Assembly (NCBI GenBank): GCA_965248265.1
Contig: CBDFJF010000001.1
Location: 768,001-832,000, forward strand
Source of the DNA: Candidatus Latescibacterota bacterium
Lineage (GTDB): Bacteria > Latescibacterota > UBA2968 > UBA8231
Length of the DNA: 64,000 nt
Reading direction: 5' to 3'
Position numbers and translations under genes: made by a program. Below the pieces are notes generated by a model, which saw nothing but the letters and a program-made list of their open reading frames with translations, was not told the DNA's origin and did not search any database. Positions 50,171 to 58,684 of this stretch are shown here, piece by piece (positions within the stretch are counted from its first letter, which is position 1; each line of letters begins with the position of its first letter).

Positions 50171-51532
50171 ATGAACCGACAACCGGATCTGACCAAAAGT
50201 CAATTGTTCTTAGACGAAACCTGGATCGAGCAAGCCCAACGGCTGACACGGCTCTGGCACAAGGCGGATATTTATCCCGAGCCGTTGGTGCGACCGGACA
50301 AGCCGTGGGAGGCCCCGGGCATCGTCTTCTACGGGACGGTGTTTCGCCACGAGGGCAAGTGGCGCATGTACTACTGTGTCGAACGATCGATCCTCTGCCT
50401 GGCCGAAAGCGTCAACGGATTGCAGTGGCACAAACCAGTGGTCGGCCGCGTGGAATTCCAGGGCAGCAAGGAGAACAACATCGTCTTCATCGGGATCAAC
50501 TGTCCCTCTATCATGCATGACCCCGGTGACTGCGACGCCCCGTTCAAGATGATCACCATCGGCACCCGCGAGCTGGGCACCGGCGGCATTCGCGGCCTGA
50601 TCAGCAAGGACGGCTTGGAATGGACACTGCTGAAAGAACCGCTGATCTCCAAACCGCCGGCCAGCGACGTCCAATATCTCTGGTTCAAGAAAGTACAGGG
50701 AAAATACATCATCGTACACAAGACCGCGCGTGAGCGGGCCCGACGGTGCGTAGCGATCGCCGAGAGCGAGGACTTTCGCAAGTTCTCCGACTCCCGCCTG
50801 ATCCTTCAATCGGACCTGATCGACGAGGCCGACATCGAGTATCACGGGATGGTTGGTTTTCCTTACTCCGACATGTACCTCGGGTTGGCCGAGCGATGGG
50901 TCAATGTCCCCGGGGTCATGAACCACATCGAGTTGCTGCTGACCTGGAGCTACGACCTCGAGCAGTGGCACCGACCCGCGTCGAGGGAGCCGTTCATCGG
51001 CCCCACTTTCCCTTGGAACCGGGCCTGGAACACCTGCAACTCGGCTGGCCCGATTCTGGAGGGCAACCAGTTGTGGTTTTACTTCTGCGGCAAGAGCGGT
51101 TCGCACTTTCATGTTAAGTCGGGCCCGCCCCGCTCTAGCGGCATCGGCCTGGCCACGGTCACGGTCGACCGGTTCGCCTCGATTTCGGCCAGTTTTATGG
51201 AAGGCCGACTCGTCACCAGGCCGATGATCTGGCCAGGCGGTGACCTGATGCTGAACGCGTCCACCACGCGGCACTTCGAGGTCTACCCCTACGACGGGGG
51301 AGGCGCCATGGCCGTCGACGTATGGGACGAATCCGGCAAGCCGATCGACGACTTCTCCGATACTAATCGCGCCATCTTTGAGGGCAATGCGCCGGTGCGC
51401 GGACTGGTGGACCCGGCCACGATCCGCTGGCCCGGCGACCGAAGCCTCAATGAATTGCGCGGCCGGAGCATCAGGCTAGTCTTCACCATGCGGGACTCGC
51501 ACTTGTTCAGCTTCCGCAGCAGCGGTGCGTGA
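50171..51532 (+). CDS. GH32/43-like beta-propeller protein, paralogue B2
   Basis: DLTKSQLFLDE, TVDRFASI, WPGGDL.LNASTTRHF, HLFSFRSSG. Confidence 0.8.
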   Translation: MNRQPDLTKSQLFLDETWIEQAQRLTRLWHKADIYPEPLVRPDKPWEAPGIVFYGTVFRHEGKWRMYYCVERSILCLAESVNGLQWHKPVVGRVEFQGSKENNIVFIGINCPSIMHDPGDCDAPFKMITIGTRELGTGGIRGLISKDGLEWTLLKEPLISKPPASDVQYLWFKKVQGKYIIVHKTARERARRCVAIAESEDFRKFSDSRLILQSDLIDEADIEYHGMVGFPYSDMYLGLAERWVNVPGVMNHIELLLTWSYDLEQWHRPASREPFIGPTFPWNRAWNTCNSAGPILEGNQLWFYFCGKSGSHFHVKSGPPRSSGIGLATVTVDRFASISASFMEGRLVTRPMIWPGGDLMLNASTTRHFEVYPYDGGGAMAVDVWDESGKPIDDFSDTNRAIFEGNAPVRGLVDPATIRWPGDRSLNELRGRSIRLVFTMRDSHLFSFRSSGA

Positions 51533-51636
51533 TCGGCTCACCGCGCCGACGTCACCGCGAGTCGCGTGTACGGAATGTCCCTCGCTTGTGCCGGGACCTG
51601 CGCGTCGTGATAATGAGCGTGACAGTCCGGCGGCTC

Positions 51637-51665
51637 CGCCCGTCAGTTCCTATATCTGACGGGCG
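51637..51665 (+). repeat. 11-7-11 inverted-arm site, left subtype
   Basis: CGCCCGTCAGT-TCCTATA-TCTGACGGGCG (arms 10/11 complementary); 25/29 identical to 13953. Confidence 0.85.
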
Positions 51666-51699
51666 TCCCGGCAAGCACAACCTACCAGTCGAGGGATCA

Positions 51700-51943
51700 G
51701 TGCTCAAAGTCCGCGCAGCCACTGGTGATGACGCGGTTACTATCTCTGCGTTGAACCATGAATCGCTCGCATCAACGGATGGGAATCGGCACGGCACTCT
51801 TTGACAGCGTAAAAGACTGGGCAAATGAGCTGGACATCAAGTGCTTAGGACTGGATGTGTGGTCTTTCAACCAAGACGCGATCGCTTTCTATAAGGACAT
51901 GGGGTTTGAGATAGCCGAGCACACCATGTCGATGGATTTGTGA
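51700..51943 (+). pseudogene. GNAT acetyltransferase with internal deletion/frameshift
   Basis: VLKVRAATGDDAVTISALNHE joined out of frame to HQRMGIGTALF..LDVWSFNQDAIAFYKDMGF. Confidence 0.8.
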
Positions 51944-51970
51944 CCAGCTTCACTGACTCAAGCCCACAAC

Positions 51971-51999
51971 CGATCATCGCATCCTATGTCTGATGGTCG
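51971..51999 (+). repeat. 11-7-11 inverted-arm site, right subtype
   Basis: CGATCATCGCA-TCCTATG-TCTGATGGTCG. Confidence 0.8.
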
Positions 52000-52129
52000 C
52001 CCACGATGATTATCGAAACGACTGACTGAAGGCGCCCCAAACCATCGCGGCACAGCACAGTGCGAGCCGTTCAATTGCGCGTTCTGTGGTAATCGCGTTC
52101 CCGTGTTCCATCATCATTACTAAGCTGCC

Positions 52130-54136
52130 ATGAACAAACCGCCCACCGAGCTTCCTACCCAGTCACCGAGGGCCGCCGAGGATTCATCAGCCGGCGGACT
52201 GGGGCGCATTACCATCCGTTCGGTGGTTACCGGGGCCCTGCTGTCCCTCATCATCAGCGTCGGTTTCACCTACGCGCGCGTGGCTCTGGGCAAGGGCAGC
52301 ATGTCTTCTGACTACATCACCCCGGGAGCCATCTGCATTCTCTTCGCCGTCATGGCACTCGTAAACCCCTGTATTAAGCTCGTGCGTCGCAGCTGGGGGT
52401 TCGACCGCGCCGAGCTCATCGTCATCTACATCATGCTCATCATCGCCTCGACGATTCCCACGGTGGGGTTCTCCGGACTCTTCGTAGGCACCTTGCCGGG
52501 TGTCTACTACTTCGCGACGCCGGAGAACAACTGGGCCGAGGTCCTGCATCCGCTCGTCAAGAGCTGGATGGTGCCCCAGGATGCCGATGCTATCAAGGAT
52601 TTCTACGAGGGGTTGCCCGCCGGCGCCTCGGTGCCGTGGGGGGCGTGGCTAGGACCATTGTCCGTTTGGACCAGCTTCATCATCGCCATCTATCTGATGA
52701 TGATCGCGGCAATGGTGCTGGTGCGCCGTCAGTGGGTCGAACGCGAACGACTGGCCTTTCCGCTGGTGCAACTGCCGCTCGATATGACGGAAACCGGGCA
52801 CGTCCGCGATCGGGTGAGCCCCTTCCTCAAGAATCCGGTGATGTGGGCGGGCTTTGTCGTTCCATTCTGCCTGCTCAGCGCCAGGGGATTACACTTCTAC
52901 TTTCCGGCCGTGCCGGAACCGGATTTCTACTCCGTCGCAAGGATGTTTAACAACACCACGGGATTGGTGTTCAACCTCAGCTTCACCGTCATCGGCTTCG
53001 CTTACCTGCTGAGTTTGCAGATCGCCGTCGGCTTCTGGTTCTTCCACCTGGTGACCAAGTTCTTCATGGGGTGGCAGATGATGACGGGATACCGGCTGCA
53101 GGGGGAGATCGAGTCCGGTATGGAGGGCACTCTCTTGGTCGCCTTCGTGACCACCGGCGCCATGATCGTCTTCGTCGTCTTCGGACTGTGGACGAGCCGC
53201 GGCCATCTGCGCGCGATCTGGCGAAAAGTAGTAACGGATGAGGGAGTCGACGACACCGATGAGATCCTCTCCTACCGGGCGGCGGTAGGAATCCTCCTCG
53301 TGTGCGGAGCCTACACAACCGTATGGCTGCACCTGTCGGGTCTGCCCCTGGCGATCGCCGTCGCCTTCCTGCTGCTGGCCTTCGCCATCTTCGTCTTCAT
53401 GGCTCGATTCGTCGCAGAGGGCGGACTCGGCTTCATGATGCCGCCGATGCCGGCTCAGCCCCTCATCATCAACTTCGCCGGCACGTCTGCTGTTACGGAT
53501 GCGGGCATTTTCAGCCTCGCACTGAGCTTCTCGTGGGCGGGTGATATCCGCATCCTGCTCATGGCCTCGGCCATCAATGCGATGAGGATGGCCCAGGGAG
53601 TGGGCTTGCTGCGGCGACCCCTGTTCTGGATCATCCTGCTGGCCATCATCACGAGTCTGGTGAGTTCGCTGGCGCTCCTCATCTGGGCCGCTTACGAGCA
53701 CGGAGGGGTCAATCTCGAACCCGGGTTCTTTTCTGGCGGCGCCAGCAACTTTGCCAGCTACAAGATCAGCAACCCGGTCTCGTTCGCGACCACGCCCGAT
53801 ATCATCTGGCCGCGGGCGCTGTGGACGGCGGTAGGCGGAGCCGTCATGGGAGGTCTGATCTCGCTGCGCCATCACTTTCTGTGGTGGCCGCTGCATCCGC
53901 TCGGATTCGTCGTGAGTGCGAGCACCATCAGCAGTCAGGCCTGGTTCAGCATCTTCATCGGCTCCCTCGTCAAAGCCATCGTGCTCAAATACGGCGGGGC
54001 CAAGCTCTACCACTCGGCACGGCCGTTCTTCCTGGGCCTGATCCTGGGCCAGATCGTCTGCGCCGGCGTCTGGCTCATCATCGACCTGATCGCCGGGGGC
54101 ACCGGCAACCGGGTAGCGGTGTTCGTGCAACGATGA
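52130..54136 (+). CDS. Polytopic membrane protein, DUF6785/DUF6784-like (putative transporter)
   Basis: YFATPENNW, RRQWVERERLAFPLVQLP, WWPLHPLG, KYGG..RPFFLGLILG. Confidence 0.8.
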   Translation: MNKPPTELPTQSPRAAEDSSAGGLGRITIRSVVTGALLSLIISVGFTYARVALGKGSMSSDYITPGAICILFAVMALVNPCIKLVRRSWGFDRAELIVIYIMLIIASTIPTVGFSGLFVGTLPGVYYFATPENNWAEVLHPLVKSWMVPQDADAIKDFYEGLPAGASVPWGAWLGPLSVWTSFIIAIYLMMIAAMVLVRRQWVERERLAFPLVQLPLDMTETGHVRDRVSPFLKNPVMWAGFVVPFCLLSARGLHFYFPAVPEPDFYSVARMFNNTTGLVFNLSFTVIGFAYLLSLQIAVGFWFFHLVTKFFMGWQMMTGYRLQGEIESGMEGTLLVAFVTTGAMIVFVVFGLWTSRGHLRAIWRKVVTDEGVDDTDEILSYRAAVGILLVCGAYTTVWLHLSGLPLAIAVAFLLLAFAIFVFMARFVAEGGLGFMMPPMPAQPLIINFAGTSAVTDAGIFSLALSFSWAGDIRILLMASAINAMRMAQGVGLLRRPLFWIILLAIITSLVSSLALLIWAAYEHGGVNLEPGFFSGGASNFASYKISNPVSFATTPDIIWPRALWTAVGGAVMGGLISLRHHFLWWPLHPLGFVVSASTISSQAWFSIFIGSLVKAIVLKYGGAKLYHSARPFFLGLILGQIVCAGVWLIIDLIAGGTGNRVAVFVQR

Positions 54137-54366
54137 TTGAAGGAGAGACCGTTCCGTGTCACTATCATGGGGAATCAGGTGGGCGGAATAAGCAGTGGAG
54201 CGCCAGTTGATGGACCTGATCGAGGAATTGGCTGAAGGTGAGACTCATGATCCACCTCCGGCTTTCAACAAGCGCCTAAAATCCCGCCTCTGGGTCCGTC
54301 TGTCTTTACCTCGCGATTGCGGCGCTACGCGCCTCCGCGCAACTCATCTCAACCTATCACTTCCTT

Positions 54367-54670
54367 TCAGAAATCCGCAGCTGCCTTCGGCTCCAGTGGA
54401 AAATCGTGAAATGGAATCGGCTTTCCACGCTCATCAACAACCAGCACGCCATTCACAATTCCGGCCATGTAGTTGCCGTACCCAGCAGCAGATCCGGAAT
54501 ACTTGACGGGCGATACCACCTTGCCTTCATGCAGTCTGCTCCGAACTGCCGATCTTTCTCGCTTATTGCTCCGCCTGCCAGCAGCCGACGGCTCTTGTAT
54601 TTTCGGCTCCTTCTTTCCCTTCTTCTTGGGTGCCCCGTGACCCCCTCGACCAGGTTTCTTGTCTGCCATC
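54367..54670 (-). CDS. Small basic hypothetical protein
   Basis: AAGGAG RBS; Lys/Arg-rich N-terminus, then VSPVKYSG..YMAGIVNGVLVVDERGKPIPF. Confidence 0.7.
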
Positions 54671-54889
54671 TTGACCACTCCTTTGTGTACGGCCGGCTCG
54701 TAGCCGGCCATCAAGAGATCATGTTGCCTGGGTCTCTCTGGTTGTCAACGCTGCTGTTGGCAACAGGGAGCCCGATGATTCTCGGTACTGTGAACTAAGA
54801 AAACGCTCCCACCTGCGCAACAAGAATGCGCCCTCGCCGACTTCGTACGGCGTCCAAACCCAACAATTCAAGCTCTGGACGTCGGCTAG

Positions 54890-55048
54890 GAACTGTTCAT
54901 CATGAACGCGGATGGGTCAGACGTACAGCAACTGACGATCCCCGGTCAGTCAACCGCCGGAGTTAGCCCTGCCTGGTCTCCGCAATTGCCTCCTACAGCG
55001 GTATTCGAGCGGACCTGGGCCGACGTCAAATTCGACCAAGCAAAGTAG
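54890..55048 (+). pseudogene. 3' remnant of a TolB/PD40-repeat secreted protein
   Basis: ELFIMNADGSDVQQLT..SPAWSP..TAVFERTWADVK*; preceded by an in-frame TAG. Confidence 0.7.
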
Positions 55049-55408
55049 CTTCACAGCCAGGTGGGCGGACACGGTCAGCCCTCAACGGTGAGGGCGGCAG
55101 TCGGCGCTGACTGAATTGGCCTCGGCCCAATCCTACCTCGAAGGAGTCGGCCTGCCCGCAGGGCCGCCGCCGATCGCGTCCTTCTCTGCAGCACGAGCCC
55201 GAATTCACCGACGGATCGCTCCGCTACGGATGACAACCCACACTGCCCCCAATCGATGCCCTTCTGGATCCGCATGAGGGATCGACGCAAGGTCGGGCGG
55301 CCTCCCCTTGCCTACCTGACGTCATTCCTTGAGCAAGCCGACTTGTCCGTTTGTACCCCTGTAGCTGCCTGTCAGATGCGGAATGCGAAGGGCGGTTGGC
55401 GTCCGATC

Positions 55409-56536
55409 TCACTGTCTACTGGGGCTCGATTTGAGCGTGATTTTGCCTTCCCGCGCCAATTGCTCGGCAATCCTGACGATCACTCGGTATTTCTCAGCGA
55501 TCACCTCCCGCGAATAGCTGGTCAATTGTATGGCCTCGGTCTCATCCTCCATCCAGCGACGTACTCGTTGCGACATCTGGTTCAGAAATACGTGTCGGAT
55601 TTCGACATCCATTTCCCGCAGCGCCTCCTGTAGGTCGCGTTGGTCGACGCGGCGCAGGACCTCCTCGATCTCAGAAGGCTGTAGGTGAGTGACTCTCTCA
55701 AATTCAGGCACCTCCAAGTGTAGCCAACAGCGGGTGGCATACCGTCGGCTGAATCCGTATTCCAGATCATCCACACCAGACTCCTTGAATCTCTCCAGGG
55801 CTTTGGCCCACTTCCTTTCCCTGTAGAGCTTCAACCCCTCGTCGTATCGGGCCATGAGCAGGACGTCTTCTTCAGTCAGCTCGCCCTTTCGGCATACGAT
55901 TCCGTAAACGGTAACAGGTTCTTGAAAATTAGCGTAGGTAATACGGTCTAGTTCCTGGACCTCGAACTGCTCGTCGATTCTCGTCCGGGTGTCCGCGCTG
56001 ATCACGGTGGATGCACCCATCCTGCGTTCCACATGTACCAACCGCTTGGCCAAGTTCAGGGCATCGCCTGCTACGGTGTACTCAGCCCGGTGTGTAGAAC
56101 CCATGTTGCCTACGACGACCTCACCGGTGCTCAAGCCGGCTCGCAGCTTCAATCCCGTCTCGGCGCCCCATTTGGTACTGAGTCGCTCCCTCATTTCTAG
56201 CGACGCCGAGCAAGCGCGTTCTGCATGCTGGACATTGCGAACGGGATCTCCGAAGAATGCCACGACATTACCCTTGTCATATTTGTCAAGAGTACCGTCG
56301 TGCTCCAGAATGATATCTGTCATCTCAGTATTGTATTCGAAGAGGAATTTAGCCTCTTCGATTGCGCTCAGCTCCCTCGCATACGCGCCGAATCCCACGA
56401 GTTCGGTGCACATGACGGTGACCTCGACTGACTCGAAGCGATGTTCGAGGTCGGGACTGGGTCGCCTCCCCTCCATTGTCTCTTCAACCATCTTGAGTGC
56501 CTCCTTCTTCAGCTTTCGGGCACGATGCATCCGCAT
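55409..56536 (-). CDS. Class III adenylate/guanylate cyclase-like domain + TPR-like helices + FliG C-terminal domain
   Basis: GLSTGEVVVGNMGS..EYTVAGDALNLAKRL; YDEGLKLYRERKW; FERVTHLQPSEIEEVLRRVDQRDLQEALR..FLNQMSQRV. Confidence 0.85.
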   Translation of the reverse strand: MRMHRARKLKKEALKMVEETMEGRRPSPDLEHRFESVEVTVMCTELVGFGAYARELSAIEEAKFLFEYNTEMTDIILEHDGTLDKYDKGNVVAFFGDPVRNVQHAERACSASLEMRERLSTKWGAETGLKLRAGLSTGEVVVGNMGSTHRAEYTVAGDALNLAKRLVHVERRMGASTVISADTRTRIDEQFEVQELDRITYANFQEPVTVYGIVCRKGELTEEDVLLMARYDEGLKLYRERKWAKALERFKESGVDDLEYGFSRRYATRCWLHLEVPEFERVTHLQPSEIEEVLRRVDQRDLQEALREMDVEIRHVFLNQMSQRVRRWMEDETEAIQLTSYSREVIAEKYRVIVRIAEQLAREGKITLKSSPSRQ

Positions 56537-56769
56537 TTTGGGGCAACACTTATGCCCAGAAACGTGGCTATCAGGGCGACGGACTTTCCTCCAAGGTATT
56601 ACAGCGTGAGGGCCTGGCTTGTCTCAAGAATTTGGCTCTGCTATGGGTTCACGAAGTCAAACCGTATCTTCTTTTTGTGATGCTGAATCGAACCCCTTTG
56701 AGATGCGATCCGCTTGCACCTTAATATATGTCGACGCTCTGTGCCCAGAATTCTTCACATGGGGAGATC

Positions 56770-57032
56770 ACATCTTTCGAGCGGTAGCCATGGAGAACAT
56801 GGTGGGAGTAGCAGTGGCAAACTACTTTGTAGAGCCGGGAAAGCCAGGACAGTCAGTTGCTTTCGACGGGATGGTTTATCTCAAGAGCGGAAATGGAGAG
56901 CTCAGAAGAGAAAATCTCGTGGTCAGCTCTGAAAAGAGCGAGGGTGTGTATTTGGCCAATTTCGATCTGGAAGCCATGCGGGAGTACATCGGTATTCGAA
57001 CCGATGACCTCGCTTCCAAGCTACCTGACTGA
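56770..57032 (+). pseudogene. Carbon-nitrogen hydrolase (nitrilase-like) 3' fragment
   Basis: RAVAMENMVGVAVANY..GQSVAFDG..EGVYLANFDLEAMREY. Confidence 0.6.
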
Positions 57033-57105
57033 CCATCACATCCATACGGCGATTCCCGGATGCTGCCGGCCGTCGCGGTGATGGCGATCATGTGGGAGGG
57101 ACATT

Positions 57106-58662
57106 GTGGAGAAAGAGGAGGAGATTGTGACGGACGCCACTCAGGTATGGCCAGTCGGAACACGCAAGCAGCTGCTGTTTGACGATCGCTTCGTCGAGTG
57201 GACCGAGGGCGTACAGTTCACGGTCAATCCCCCGCTCGAGTGCACACCCGTCAATCTGCCACCTGTGAGCGGTCTGCACGCCCGTCACTTCCTGACGGTC
57301 CTCGACGTCGACGGTCGTTTCTGGATGTACTACCACCTGAGGCCAGACGAGACGCGCGAACGTGATTGCGTGAACAGTTTCTGCTGCCTGGCCTACTCGG
57401 ACGACGGCATCGACTGGGAGCTGGCACCCGTGGACCAGTTCGAGGTGGAGGGATCGAGGCGGAACAACGCGGTCATGGCCGGAACGGTCGGCACGCCGTT
57501 CCTCGACCCCCAGGAGACGCTCGGCTGCAGATTCTGGTTTGCGGGGATACTGGGCGAGCGCAACGAGCCGCCGTTCTGGGACGAAGCGAAGGGTACATAC
57601 TTCGGCGGCTACGACGCCCCCGACGGCACCCGGCCGGTGCACGCCGGGTTGTACCTCCTTCATTCCGAGGACGGCCTGTCGTGGCGCCGGCAGCGCAGCG
57701 GCGTCATCGTTCCTTTTCGTTGCGACTCGCAGAACCAGGTCCTCTACGATGCGCGCGTCGGCGCTTACGTCGCCTACGTGCGCGGAGCCTCGCCGGTGCC
57801 GGGAAGAAGGCGGACGGTCGCTCGTGTGACCTCACCCTCGCTCACACAGTTGCCGTTCAATTATGCTGAGGACCCCACGTTGCCCATAAGCCCAATGGGG
57901 CTTCACGACCGGCTGCCGCCGCAATGCGCCCCCTTCATCATCGAGGCTGATGATCGCGATCCGCCAGCCACGGACGTCTACACGCCCTGCGTCAACCCCT
58001 ATGAATGGGCCGACGACGCCATCTTTTCGTTCCCGGCGGTGTACCGTCAATACACGGGGCACGACAGCCATGGGCGGGATCAGCGGGGGCAGATCACCAA
58101 CGACGGCCCTGTGGACGTGCAGCTTGCCGTGAGCCGAGACGGCATCAAATTCGAGCGCTACCGTACACCTTACGTTGGTGTAGGTCTGATAGACGAGCCG
58201 CAACAGGGGGGAATGAGCTACATGGGCGTGGGACTGGTGCGGCGCGGAAACTACATCTACCAGTACTACGCCGAGGGAGCGTCCACCCACGGTGTCCACG
58301 AGCGCGATGCGCGTATCTGGCGGGCCAAACAGCGTCTGGACGGTTTCGTCTCGGTCGATGCTGGACCCGACGGGGGGTGGTTCGTGACACCGCCGATCGA
58401 GTTCGAAGGCAACCGTCTGTTGCTGAACATCGACTGCGGCGCCATGGGCGAGGCGTGGATCGAGCTCCAGGACGAAACCGGTAAGCCCTTGCCCGGCTAC
58501 ACGTTGGAGGACGCCGTGTCGGTCGACCGAAACGGTGTCGCGCAGGAGGTCTGGTGGCGGGGAGGCCCGGACCTAGGCTCACTGAGTGGCCTCCCTGTCA
58601 GGTTGAAAATCAAGATGCGTTCGGCGAAGCTCTACGCGTTCCAGTTCGTGGAGGCCGGCTAA
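57106..58662 (+). CDS. GH32/43-like beta-propeller protein
   Basis: KQLLFDD, AYSDDGIDW, DSQN, VSRDGIKF, RLDGFVSVDA, KLYAFQF. Confidence 0.8.
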   Translation: MEKEEEIVTDATQVWPVGTRKQLLFDDRFVEWTEGVQFTVNPPLECTPVNLPPVSGLHARHFLTVLDVDGRFWMYYHLRPDETRERDCVNSFCCLAYSDDGIDWELAPVDQFEVEGSRRNNAVMAGTVGTPFLDPQETLGCRFWFAGILGERNEPPFWDEAKGTYFGGYDAPDGTRPVHAGLYLLHSEDGLSWRRQRSGVIVPFRCDSQNQVLYDARVGAYVAYVRGASPVPGRRRTVARVTSPSLTQLPFNYAEDPTLPISPMGLHDRLPPQCAPFIIEADDRDPPATDVYTPCVNPYEWADDAIFSFPAVYRQYTGHDSHGRDQRGQITNDGPVDVQLAVSRDGIKFERYRTPYVGVGLIDEPQQGGMSYMGVGLVRRGNYIYQYYAEGASTHGVHERDARIWRAKQRLDGFVSVDAGPDGGWFVTPPIEFEGNRLLLNIDCGAMGEAWIELQDETGKPLPGYTLEDAVSVDRNGVAQEVWWRGGPDLGSLSGLPVRLKIKMRSAKLYAFQFVEAG

Positions 58663-58684
58663 TCTCGGTAAAGAGGAGAGACAG

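Noticed and set aside
54262-54350. attC-like remnant (CAACAAGCGCC..CGCTACGCGCC)
   Set aside because: No matching GTTRRRY core or paired cassette boundary.
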